64,000 bases of DNA from Raillietiella orientalis (lineage: Eukaryota), in assembly GCA_036172245.1 (NCBI GenBank), contig JAYWIR010000016.1, positions 2,604,001 to 2,668,000 of the forward strand, given 5' to 3'. Positions within the stretch are counted from its first letter, which is position 1; every line of letters begins with the position of its first letter. Both the position numbers and the translations under genes were made by a program. The notes under the pieces are model-generated. The model had not been told where the DNA came from, ran no database searches, and worked only from the letters and a program-made list of their open reading frames with translations. Positions 1-11,689 of the stretch are shown here, piece by piece.

Positions 1-220
1 AGTATTCGCTTTTTAGGTTTGCGAGTTCTTTTGCTTCTTTGATGCCCTGCCGTGATCAGTTCACAAGGTCGTTTGGAGGGTTTATCGTAGGCTACTGACT
101 CAGCTTTTCTATATCATCCAAGAGGATGATGGAGAGTTCCATGTGGGGTGAACTCTGAACCCGCTGCATCGATTCCTTCTCAGTATTCGAACCCGCGGCG
201 CTTGGCCGTGCCACGAGCGG

Positions 221-280
221 AGACCACCGTAGCCACACGGCCTCAGACGCGGGCAGGAGGCCGTGTGGCTACGGTGGTCT
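221..280. repeat. Perfect 24-bp inverted repeat (hairpin, 12-nt loop)
   Basis: 221-244 agaccaccgtagccacacggcctc is the exact reverse complement of 257-280 gaggccgtgtggctacggtggtct. Confidence 0.95.
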
Positions 281-2344
281 GTCAGAGCGAGGCACGAGCG
301 TTCCATTGCATGCGGTGCATTTGCGGTTGCTGCTTTGGTGATGCTGTTTTTGTACAGTGAACTTCACACCCATTCCTCAGAAGTGTACGTTGCGTGCACC
401 CATTGCAATCTGAATGCGCATACGCGGGAACATTTATGACTCCCTGAGCAGTTTCTTTCATCTACTAACGACACCTGTGGATACCAACATGCCATTTAGA
501 ATTTCACACAGGGAGTGGGTGCTTCCACCCCTCCACCCCCCAAGTGACTTCTCGGATCGGAAGGAGAGAAAGAATAACCAAAGTTTTGAATGCAATAACC
601 GTTTCGTCTTCCGATCAATGCGAGAACTTTAATCTCGATCGACTACCCTGCGACTTTTTCATTTGGATTGCTTCCTTATCCAGGAGATACACAGTCGGCT
701 ACGATTCTTGCAGCTGATCGGACAGCTTCCAAACTTCGACACGTCCACCCTATCAGTGTGACGTGGAATATGTCATCATATATTGCACGGACCCTGGATG
801 AATAAAAGTGCCGTTGCTGATGTTTAGGAGGCGCCAAACTCAATTTCTTAAATGCGATGTCGGGAGTGTGCTCGTGGACTCGAGATGACAGGTAATGTAC
901 TCTTCCGTGAATATACAAAAGCTTACACTTACTCTATAGGTTGTTGCGTAATTTAGCGGAAGCTAAAATTCGTGCATATTCCCAGATCTTGAAGAAACCG
1001 AGCCGAACGATTTTGGATACCTTGTTTCGGAGAGAAACGCGAGCAGGACGGCAGTCTTCAGTGCCAGCAGGTCAACAGGTTAACTTCCGCCAAAGCAAGG
1101 AGGCGGCGATGCTGGGATGCTGCTTTTTACGTTAATTCGTCAGCGCGACAGATGTGGTGCTTTGTTCGTAGATGCAATCCACGGCCTCCTTATCGAAGAG
1201 TCAGTTTAGGAAGACAAACGGCACAAACAACTGGCTTGAGATTCGAGGCGCAGCATTCCATGCGACGGGTCTTTACGTTTCTCTTGCCCCGGGAAGGAGA
1301 TGCTCACGTGCTGGATCGATCTCCCTCAGCTGCTGCACCACCAAGGGCACTTTTCTCGTGTTTCCGGCACTCGCCGCTTTTGCGAATCCAGCCGCTCCGT
1401 TTTCCAGGTCTCGTCTTCTCGTGCAGCGTCCTGACCGCACATCACGATTTGGTTCGCCCCTGGCGCTCCATCCCTCACGCCGCCTCTTTTGCAACGGCAA
1501 GGTGCGAGTACGGCGTGAGTATGCGGGGCATTCGACCTCGCGGAAGATAAAGGTAAGAAGAAAAAGGTCCTCGACAGCGTGTTGTGCCCGTGATGCAGTT
1601 TGCACACAAAGCTTGCGGTCTGCACGCTTCTGCTGGACTTGTAAAGTTTTCAGCTAGGAGCGACCTGTGAAGTTTAGGGAGAGGCGGTTTCCTGGATCCG
1701 GAACTCGTGCTTCGATGTGGCTGCACGTCTGTCCACGTGAGTGGCAACGTGGTTTCAGCCCCTTACGTTGGAGCTCTTTCGTTGCAGTGCGTGAGGCCCT
1801 CTGTGCAGATCACACAAGCGTGTACACTTTGCGCTTTACGCCTCCGGGCAGGGTGGCTGTTTGCTGCCGCGCGTTTGGTCAATCAAACTGTGGTTCCACC
1901 CCGTTCCTGGTGGCATCATCCGATATGTGAAAGAAGAACTCATGAATGTTGGATGGAACCCTTCTTTCCTCATCAAAGAGACTTGTTGCGATTTGATGCC
2001 GAGCACGTAGACCCCTTGCAAGCTGTCGCCCATCGAATCAAAGGCGCCATCACTTTTGTACTGGCGCAAACGGTGCAGTCCATCTTTCCTCTTCATGAAG
2101 TCAATGTTCACTGCGCCACGATCTTTCTAAACCAGCGTGCCTCCGTGCAACGGAGCACCGGATTTCTATGCTCTGGTCCGAGACTCCTGAATAGCTCAAA
2201 GTGCCTGCTGTTCCTACGGTCAGTGCCTTCGGCAAGCCATCTCTGTAAGACTGTGACATCGCATTAGATAGGCGGAACACCATTCTTGGTTCCGTTTTTT
2301 CTTCTTCACGTTTCGTTAATCTCCATGGGTCAAGTTGATGATTC

Positions 2345-2591
2345 TTGTCTGGCTGAAGCCTTTTGCCCGAATCCTTTTCCCAACTTATGATGGTATCCGA
2401 ATTCCAAGTCAGCTGTTTCAGGTCCTCGTAAAATTAGCCGAGAGATTCTTTGCTCACATGGCACAAGGCAACCAGACCACCACATCCGTGGTGGTCTGGT
2501 GCCTCCGTTTCAAGGAAGGAAACCACACGCTTCAACCTTCCACAGTCCGATTGCTGCAACTCCATGCGCAGCATATAATCCATCGAGCCAT
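2345..2591 (-). mobile_element. Degenerate THAP-like zinc-finger domain, probably a DNA transposon remnant
   Basis: Minus translation MARWIICCAWSCSNRTVEG*SVWFP...VVVWL...LSANF, plus KRLQPD in a shifted frame, resembles the THAP pattern C-x2-4-C...FP...W...C..HF...RL.P; contains stops and frameshifts. Confidence 0.35.
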
Positions 2592-2849
2592 AGTTGCAAT
2601 GCACTGCCGATGGCCAAGGAAGAACATCTGAGTTAATTCCAGAGCTGCGTCCCCTAACGGTAACAGTCGGTCACCAGCCATTCCGTGGGTGCAGTCCGGC
2701 TGGTCGCTCCAGTTGCTCACGTAATGGGTTTCTATAGCCAGAGTGAGTCTTGTGTTGGTCCAGTTTCTTCGTAGGGCGCTCGCTAGCTTCCTACTTTTCT
2801 TCTATTCGTCTGGGATTCCAGTTCCTTCGTCAGTCGTTCTCCCAACCTT

Positions 2850-3690
2850 TCCATATTGTGCACACGTGGGGATTCTTCAGAGAGCGGTCCTTTGCGAACG
2901 GCGCTGTTCGGCTCTGCACTTTGTCTTGGGTGAAATCGATCACAACCAGGTGAGAAGTTGTTCCAATAAGATGAGAAGCCATCCGTCCGCTTGCCATCAC
3001 GAACCCAAGCTGCAGCTGTGGGTGCTCTTTTTTTTCTCGTATGTGTTGGTCTCTTTGAAGAAACGTAGGGAAAGATCAGTCATCAGTCATCTGTCAATCG
3101 CTTTCAGTAGGAATAGGCAATCCAAGAGGGGTTATAATAAGATGGTCGCATATCAATTTTGCAATGTCCTTGTTTCTTATGCCTTCTTGAAAATCGAAGC
3201 GCATCAGAAATGTTGTCGTACCCCATCTATCGGAAGGGTTCTGACCGCTAAATACTTATTTTTTGCTTTCGTATTTAGAATTCCATGGCCGTCATCAGCC
3301 CCCAGCCGTGGTCAGCAGCTTGACCAATGGGTAAAATGTCTTGTCAGTTTCAAAGTGGCGTAGTTAGGAAGGTAGAGGAGGGAGCTCAAAACAATCTTTC
3401 AAGAAGGGAGCTTCGCTACGGATGTGGCGTTCCGTATCTCGCCCGTCTTGCCGCAGACTTTGAACGTAATCCGGAGGATGCAAATACACCAAACGGGAAC
3501 TGTCAGCAGACTCGGTCCTTCCTCGACACTGTCCCGAAATGCTTGAGAGCAGGAATTCCAATCAGTGATTTGCTTTCAAAAGCGCCCCCGAAATCATTGC
3601 TTTTCCCTGTCGATAGAAAAGAAATCCCTGCTTGGCCATCCGGAAGTTTGCGAGATATTCGCCGGCGTCCAATTCTTAACAACGGTTTCG
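2850..3690 (-). mobile_element. Highly degenerate PIF/Harbinger-type DDE transposase remnant
   Basis: Motif remnants in the expected order across frameshifts: ELDAGEYLANFRMAKQGF (FRM at 3645-3637), ALKHFGT...FGV, LGADDGHGI (GAIDGTHI-like, 3305-3288), *LMTD, RVHNM (CVLHN-like, about 2860). Confidence 0.45.
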
Positions 3691-3839
3691 GAATTTCTTC
3701 CTGAGGAGCATTCCGAAGAAGATGAGGCGTTGCTTCGGAGAGGAAGGACTTCCGCTGTTTTCCGTGCGAGCCCTTTCGATGGGGCAGGAGCCTGCGAAAG
3801 CATGTCGGCAACTCAGTGGGGCTCAAGGCTCGCATTTTC

Positions 3840-4402
3840 TCTCGTAGGTGCTCAACCAGAGTCAGTCGCCCCGAGGCCACTCAACGTAAACAGGTTCACG
3901 AGGAATTTCGCAAAGTGTGCTTCTGTTCGGCGCTGAAGTGAGGGTTAGAGAGTTGCACTTTGCTCCCAGATTCTTTCGAAAGCGGTTGTCGTGCATGGTC
4001 CGAGGTTGCCCAAGAAATCCTCTCATTCAGTGAGTTGCCGGGGCATGTTTGAGAAACAGTACCTTTTTCTCGTAGTTGCTGGGAGCATCGTCGTGATCAA
4101 GTGAACCTCATCCCCGTGGAACAGGATCTTGTTTGGAACAGTAGTCGACGTTGGAAGTGGGGCTACCTTTGGCGTGCTCCAACTGTGCTCTGTGGAATGG
4201 AGGTCTTCTGATTTGTGGAAGAGTTCGAGGTTCTTGCAGTTGCAGGTAGGCTTGCAGACGAGGCGTTCCTGCGGCTCCGCTTCCTTGAGCGACGATGGCT
4301 TAGGTCCATTTCCGACGGCATCATTTTTTTAATGGATTGGAGTTCGTCGTCCGTCCAGTTATCGACTGTGAGACACCAGGACGTGTCCCTAGCGTAAGGC
4401 AC
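3840..4402 (-). pseudogene. rep: Endogenous circovirus-like (CRESS-DNA virus) replication-associated protein (Rep), decayed
   Basis: RCR motif I SWCLTVDNWTDDE (W at 4378); frameshift; WT*AIVAQGSGAAGTPRLQAYLQL (motif II, 4263-4249); RAQLEHAKGSPTSNVDYCSKQD (motif III YCSK 4143-4132); PVYVEW then GATDSG..STYER Walker A remnant (about 3872-3843). Order and spacing fit Circoviridae-type Rep. Confidence 0.85.
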
Positions 4403-4404
4403 TA

Positions 4405-5020
4405 TTGTAAGACTGGTGGGTATGTGTAGGCGAAGAAAGAGGGCCAGCTGGTAAACAGTATCACCCGGATGGGCCTAGCTCTTGGCCTGGAGAAAGTCTG
4501 ATAAGGGTAAAAGTGTTTACGCGCGGTTCGTGTGAAGGGAAGGAGCTGCGTTGGGGGGCTGTAAAAGAAAAAGAAAGACCGGTTTTGGCGTTTTAAGAAA
4601 CGCGGGTTGGGTAGGAAAACGAGTTCGAAGTTAAGGAGGAAGAAATACGGTATTCGGCGTAAGTACTCTGGAAAGTACTTGAGGAGGTTTGATCGGAAGC
4701 GAGTTTTTGAGAAAAGGTGTGTGTCCAGGAATGTGGTTGTTCAGGCTCGTAACTTCGGTGCAGCAAGTCGTTCGGGAGGTAGTGGTTATGATGAAGCGTG
4801 GTTGTGGATAGAGCAGTATGAGTATAAGGATCTTAAGGACGTTTTGGTGGATTGTCAGTTGGTATGATTTGCGCAACTATCTTGAGGAAGTTACTTTGGC
4901 TGGAATTATGTATCGATAGAGCTGATGGCTGTAGGAATTTCTGTTGCTGCGATTGCTGATGATTTGGGAGGGAAAATGTCACGTAAGAATGCTTTGCTTC
5001 TCAGGGTTTATTAAGAGGAA
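4405..5020 (-). mobile_element. Degraded 3' fragment of a LINE-like retrotransposon (post-RT region and 3' UTR)
   Basis: A/C-rich minus strand; LTIHQNVL then RSLYSYCS across a frameshift resembles the LINE ORF2 motif L.IYKS.IRS.L.Y.S; several stops. Confidence 0.35.
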
Positions 5021-7089
5021 CGGAACCTAAACGTGAAGATCTAGCACTTAGAAAAAATACAACGCCAAGAGCCGATTCGAAAGTCAAGAGCAACAGGCAG
5101 CCGCATGGTGGTGTGACTCCGCGGTGTGCGCGCTTCGAAGGCCCTACGAGACCCTGACATCCATCCGGTGAGCGTTTACTGGGACTACCTGGGAACCGCG
5201 GTCGAGGAGCCTGTCTTCTCTTGACCACAACTCGGCATTTGCAGCAGATATCGGCATACCCTCCTTCTGCAACAGCACTCGCAACATTTCGCGTTTCCTT
5301 CTCCGCTCCATGGCTTCTTTTCTATGTGATCACAGACGGAAATTTCGCATGGAGTCCCGTGGGCGCCGTTCCCAGGCTTAGAGGGCGACGAGCGTGGCGG
5401 GCAATCGTTGCTGATGATCATCTGACTCCTGAAGTGGACGACTCAGCGGGGGGAGTGCTTTCTTCTAGTTGTTCCTCGCAGCCATTCCGATTTTCCTTCC
5501 TTTCCGCAGAGGTCTCATCAAGCAGATTTCTTGGAATCTGCCGGCATGGTTTTTTATGACTTTACTTCCTCTTTCAGAAAGTCGCGTTCGGTGCCTTTCC
5601 TCACCGTACGACGGTGGAAAGATCTGCAAGAGTGCCGACTTGGCAGAACTCTGGTTTCCTCTTGCCGTGACCTCTTCCTCGAGGCTTCATCGTCGCGCGT
5701 TGTTACGGTCTTTCCCCGTCCGATTCGAAAAGACCCACTTCGAGAGTTTGCAACATTCCGCCCGCTGTCGAGAGTCTCTACTCTTCTTGTCAACCAAGCT
5801 CTGCTTGCTCTCGTTTCGATTTCGGAGAAGCCTCGAGGAAGGCTGCTTGCTCAGCTTCTGACAAAGGAACCACGCCGAAGCTCCGCAATTCGATCCCAGG
5901 CAGTCGATTCTCCTCTCTTCCGCAGTGCTCGTTTGCTTTTTTGCGCGCAGCGCAAATCCATCCTGCGTGGGTGTCATCGTGCTCCACCGAGAAACCCTCT
6001 CTCGGGCACCTGCGTTGCTTTCGTTCCTTGTTTTCGTCCCGGGTTTCAGCTTCGGTGATGTTGAACCATGGTTCCCTCGCACGTTCGAGTTGGTGTACAG
6101 TACGCAGTACACCTTTTGGTGAGACGATCGCTTCCGCTTTCTTACTGACGAAAGCAGCACGAGATAAATACGGATGGAAGTTCATGGGCTTGAGAAAGTG
6201 GCGCAGCAGCTCTCTTCCCCCTCCTGGACGCCCGAGAAGCACCGGTCGCGCGAGCCTTCCGTTCCCATCGTCCCTCCGATTTGCCGGAGCACCACGGTCT
6301 GCAAGAGGACTCCACTGGTTGTGGCTCGAAGCAGTTCGTTTCTTTCGATTGCACTACGCGCTGGCAATCGGAGTGAGCATCCGAGCCGGAGCAGAAGGGC
6401 CGGGAAGAGATCGACAGGCACCCGTCGTCATGTGTTGTTCGACATGGATGGAACAGGTACTACGATAACACACATCCGTCGAGGCACGCGGAAAGAAGTT
6501 AGCAGACATCATGAAATGAGATGCGAGTCACTGGTGAGCTGTCTTCAATGAGGGTTTCTGTTGTACCTCACATTGCAGAGACGTCTACTCAGATTTACCG
6601 TGGCGAACTGATTAAAGTGGAAATTCACTTCGGTGTCGTGGAGAAAGTAAGTATGAAGCAAAAGTTGGCTTAGCAAGAACTGCCACCGAGGGGAACAGGG
6701 TAGGCAGGGCTGTCGTCTGCGTGAAACCATCGCAACTGAAATGTGGATGAACAGGGATAGCCGAATGGTTGGGCGGAACCTTCGAAGCAAAGTTCAGATT
6801 CTCAGAGGGTTTCCTTTTTCGAACCTTAGTCTTTGGGCGTGTAGCTCCAAGCGCCAGCTTCTCAAATTGGGTGCACAGAAATGACGGGACAGAGGTCAAC
6901 ATGAGTGTCAAGCAATCCAGTTTCCTTTCCGGCTATGCAGTTCTGCGCCAAGACCTTTACAAAATCGGTACATGGGAAGCTGATCCGATTTCGCCTTGAA
7001 ACTATTACAAGGAACCGTATAAACGATGAGAAGGTTCGTAATATCGAACTGCTTTCTTATTTATCTTTCTTGTATTGCCTTATCGCAGG

Positions 7090-8640
7090 CACGCAAATAC
7101 TTGGGAAAACCCTTCGGCATGAAGGTCTTCCACATGCAACCGACTATGGAAGACATCTGCCAGAACGCGAGTGCCATACTTGAGAGTGTACTCTCAGGAT
7201 GGCATAAGATGGACGCATTGAAAACCTTCTACTCCAGCCTAGTTCATTACGAGAGGCTGGGAACTCACCGAAAAGTGGAATGGCAGTATGTCGACGAGCA
7301 AGGAAGAAGTTAAAGAAGGTCCTTCACCTACCATCCTGGGTAGCAAACGAGTATCTGTACGGAGAGAGAACGAAAGGCTGCCTAGGACTAATGAAGCTAG
7401 CTCAAGAGTCCGATACCTTCATCGTGGATAGCTGTTTCAAACTGCTTACGTCGGCAGACAAAGCAGTACCTAAACTTGCAAAAATAACCCTGGATGAAAT
7501 CGTCCAAATACGGAACCAAGAAGCCCCGACAGATGATAATCTCGGGGAATTCATGACGGGCAAGAAGATCACAAAGCCCAGATGGGATATTGAGAGCCTC
7601 TGGTCGAAAGGAAGGAAGGCCTCTAGGAGAATTCAAGTCCGTTGGGAGTTCAACAAGGAGAACCCCGTATAACGGTTGACGGCGTAATCTTCGCCAGCAG
7701 TACAAGAAGAGGGCTTCCCTCCGGCGTGAGAGCATTGCACATATCCTCTCCATTGCACATTGCACAACACGCGTGGCAATCCCTCATTGAAAACCACGTT
7801 AGTCAAGGGAAGGCCATGCAGCGTGTGGGCATGCATCACTCTTCAAGCTTCTTCCATACAAACGGAATCCACCTAAGATACCAAGACTACAGGTTCATCT
7901 ATGCGGCAAGACTGAACCTTCTGCCACTAAACGCTGGACCAACGAAGAAGGTTCATGAAGGGATTTGTCGGCGTTGCGGAACCGAAGATGAGACTTTATC
8001 ACACATGCTCAACAGATGTAAAAAGCACGCGCCTCTGACGATGCAGCGCCACGATGCTATCCTGGAAATTATGAAGAAGGCCGCAATGGAGGAAGCCAAG
8101 TGGACTCTGGTATCAAGCAATCGCAGAGTGCCAGGAACCACCTTCACCCTAATACCCGAAAAAAGAGATCGAATCGGTGTGCTGGACATCGCCTGCCCTT
8201 TTGAAAACGGAAAGGAGGCGTTCACCACATCTAGGTAAATAAAGGAGGCCAGATACCAGGATGTCGCCATGCCAACTCGGAAACGCTGGGAAGATAACCA
8301 AAGTACAGGCGATCCTTGTCGGCCCACTTGGAGCATGGGATCCTCAAAACGACAACGTTCTACAATACCTAGGAATTCCGGAGAAGCAGCTGATAAGGCT
8401 ACGGCAGCGGATGGCAGCCACCTGCATCCGCTTCTCAAGCAGCATCTATGCAACGCATGTTAGAAGGAAAAATGCAGCCCAACCGGAAGACCTGGACAAT
8501 GCTCCCACCCCGGAAGAGAGAGCACCGAGGAACCGTGGAGAACATGGAGGAAACATCATTCGCGAAAGATTTTCCAGAGCCATTCCGGCAACAGTTTTTG
8601 TATTAATCCAAAATGCTAAATTTATCTGTTACAATTAAGC
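7090..8640 (+). mobile_element. 5'-truncated, decayed RLE-type non-LTR retrotransposon, Utopia (NeSL group)-like
   Basis: KYLGKPFG, LSGWHKMDALKTF, EYLYGERTKGCLGL, VDSCFKLLTS, WSKGRKASRR, QGKAM, YRFIYAARLNLLPLN, CCHC CRRCGTEDETLSHMLNRC (7966-8019), RHDAI, VLDIACPFENG, KEARY, ILVGPLGAWDPQND, IYATH; frameshifts near 7310, 7665 and 8290, stop at 8236. Confidence 0.85.
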
Positions 8641-8811
8641 ACTTTGGTTTTATGCAGTTTTTCTGTTCATCTTTGGTTTGGTCGAGGGTAACTCAATGAT
8701 GCATGTAACTTGCTAATTTGTGCCTACGTTCACAACGGTTAATTTTATTTAGATAATTAACACGAGTGATGTTACTTCAAGAAACTTCATCGAGCGAGTA
8801 ATTACAAAATC

Positions 8812-8817
8812 TTTATT
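8812..8817 (-). terminator. Probable RPA1 polyadenylation signal AATAAA
   Basis: tttatt on the plus strand, about 150 nt downstream of the RPA1 stop codon. Confidence 0.55.
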
Positions 8818-8965
8818 CTTCCCATTTTTGGCCAAATCCTCATTACAACGTTCGAAAATTTCTTGTCCTTTCAAAGGATGCTGAATACACTGTGCATACA
8901 CTTGTTTTATGGGAGACTGGTTTCCTTTTCAGTACTTTACATGATAAACATCAAACGATGCACTT

Positions 8966-11638
8966 TTAAATACAAGTCGATAATTTGTTTATATTTTCAA
9001 TCAAGAACTGCCCATACTCAACTGGATTCAGTACTCCACAATCCACAACACTTGTTTTTAACCTGACCTCATCCTAATGGAACACGTAAGTTAAGCACCA
9101 GTAACAACTCTGCTTACATTGAAATTCTCCATTTTGACTCTCAGTTTGAAAATAAAGGATTTGAAATATGCTTCTTGAAAAATTGCATTAAAAGCATCCT
9201 CATTAGCATCTTTCAGTTGACCAAGTCTAGCTGCAGTTGTGTTGAGTATGGTCTCTGCACTTTGTTGAAAGCAAGTAACCCACAGGGTATCTGTGAAGTC
9301 GGATATGTTCATCTGCAGAGCAGCTTGCATAAGCCAAATTGACAGTACACTTACATTGAATAACAAACGATACTTGAAATCTGGAAAGTCTTTGTTGCAC
9401 TTCTCACAACGGTACCTTCCATTGGCCATATCCACTACTTTTTTGTTGCAATCATCTGTAGGGCATGCCATATACAAGGCATTCTCCCTACGCATCACCA
9501 CTACTGTAGCTTTGCAGGAGTAATAGTCTGCTTTGTCTTTCTGACCCAGCTGCTGCAATCGAGCTTCTTCCAATGTCAAAAAATTACTTCCAGATGCTGT
9601 TTTGTCTTTAAATAATACAGCCTTATTTTGCAGAACGAACCTGACAGTCCATCTCTTTGGTTGGATAGGCTCACCATTCCTAGGGAGCAGCCTTCTGCAT
9701 CATACCAACCTCTCAACATGTGTGCTTTGGGTATATCAGGATTGATCTGTTCACCAAGCATTTCTTAGTACTCCAGCCTATATACCCCTGACCTGTAAAG
9801 TGCTGGAACCCAAACACGAGAGTGACCGTCCTCCAAAATCCGAGACTTTGACTCCTTTCACTGCCACAACTGGGTGGCCAGATGGATCAAACTGCTGTGC
9901 TTGTGCACTCCAGAGAGTTAAAGTCACTTGGTGACATGTGTCATCCACTAATACGATGTCTCTTTTCAGCAGTTCACGGTTGGTTGTGCGCTGTAACAAC
10001 TTCTGAGGCTCTGAAGCAGATTTACACACACCAATGACATCTGTGGAATGAACCACTGTATCTATTGGACTTTTTATTAATACACCAACCTACTACACTA
10101 TCCTTATCTATCTTTGACAAATGATTGATGGTTACAAAATTCAACTGCAACAAGGGAATCGAACTACAGTCTGTATGGCATGGAATCACTTGTGTGTCAC
10201 TTAATAATGACATTTCATAATCATTATTGAGACTACTGTACTGTTTGTTGGCTGATTTCAGAGTTGCTTTGTGAATGTAATACACTTTGTTAACCTGTCA
10301 AGTGTTTATTGCAGTTTCATCTTCCAATAATACTTACTTCAAAACGATCAAACAATTTATCACAAACATCATTGAATGCTGTAGCCCTGATCTCCCCTGA
10401 TTCATCAACTAGATCCATATTGAATAATTTTCCTTCCCCTCTCGAATTTGACCATGTGCGAATGCTACTTTTACTTGTCACACGTGCTCTTATTGTCCAC
10501 CTGAGCACTGAAAATGTAAAAAGTGACACAATGAATTTTTTTTTACTTATTCTGATATGGAGTTAAACTGGAAATAGGGAATATCATAGTTGGTGGCGAC
10601 ACACCAGGATCCGAAACAAATGGCTGTGATATGTTACTTGGTTTTGCAACTGGGATGTTTTGGGCCAAGTTCTTTGCTGGTGCTGGAGCTACTATAAACT
10701 TTGAGCACTGAACACAGAATTGAAAAAACAATAACCTGAAAGATTGGCTCCCGAGTCCACATAGGATTGGGGATTACCGATTTTGCCTCCAATATCAAGG
10801 CCTTTGATCAATACTGTCAATTCAAGAATAATAATCACCCTCCTAAATGATGAAATACAATTTTTGCTGTATAGAATAGACACTTTCAATCATTTAAGAA
10901 CAAAAATATTAGTTCTTAAATTGGTGAATAAAGCTAATATTGCATACTTGACTTGCATAGCTTAATCATACATCTAGGTCACTACAATAATTCACAGATT
11001 GCATTTAAGAAAATCATGATGGAAAATCGAGAGAGAACACCTGATTCCTTTGAGAATAGAGGATTTCTAAAAGATCTACTCTTAAGAATAGAATAGTACT
11101 TTTCTGTACTGACTCCACTTGCACTTGTTCCAGTGTTTATGAGATTACAAATATATTTGTCCAATCGAACAACTGCATTGTTATCTATTTCTCCAGATGT
11201 AATTTTGGAATTTAGTTGAGTAGCCAGCATGGCAAAAGCATGATAATGTTTTCCATCTGATATCATTAAACGATATCGTTCCATCGAACCTCCAGGAATC
11301 TTTTTATATCCCTAGAAGATACACATTAGGTGATAAGATTAATGGAGAATCTGGTTTGCGACCAGCATTTTGACGATATTGGTTAAACAGCTTGATATCT
11401 ATGGCAAATACTTACCAATATTTGAAGAACTGGTTTTTCATAAGTTCCCCCTTTCATTACAACCTATAAAAAGAAAACGGCATCAACATTACTATGTCCG
11501 TTTATTGTCAAACATCAAACACAATTTACTCAAACGATATAATAATCAATTGATTTAAATGTGAAGAAATAAGAAATCAATATAAATCAATGAATTCCTT
11601 CTTACATCTATTGCTCCTTCTGACAAATTCGATGCCAT
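8966..11638 (-). CDS. RPA1: Replication protein A 70 kDa subunit, 12 exons, 603 aa
   Basis: Exons 11638-11606, 11463-11416, 11311-11100, 10842-10736, 10691-10547, 10500-10338, 10294-10090, 10040-9793, 9746-9641, 9596-9355, 9312-9118, 9073-8966; all GT-AG with consistent phases, 1812 nt in total. Motifs [60 protein letters not shown] and the zinc ribbon [13 protein letters not shown]...RCEKC. Confidence 0.97.
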
Positions 11639-11689
11639 TTTCAAGGTTAGCAATGAATGAAGCAGTTCCAGCTATACCATGAACAAGAA

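Noticed and set aside
270..440. Possible gag/ORF1 zinc knuckle (RKCTACNG) on the minus strand
   Set aside because: Only a partial C-x2-C, with no His/Cys completion and many stops
4403..4480. CRESS origin stem-loop with a TAGTATTAC-type nonanucleotide upstream of Rep
   Set aside because: No nonanucleotide in a hairpin loop; the loops of the hairpins at 221-280 and 2471-2500 do not match either
4911..4918. Exact DRE motif TATCGATA
   Set aside because: Lies inside a decayed LINE-like fragment with no nearby gene start
5020..6540. Tc1/mariner-like LLRHFLKPMNFHPY motif on the minus strand and nearby ORFs
   Set aside because: A single short resemblance with no DDE motifs following; the region is left unassigned
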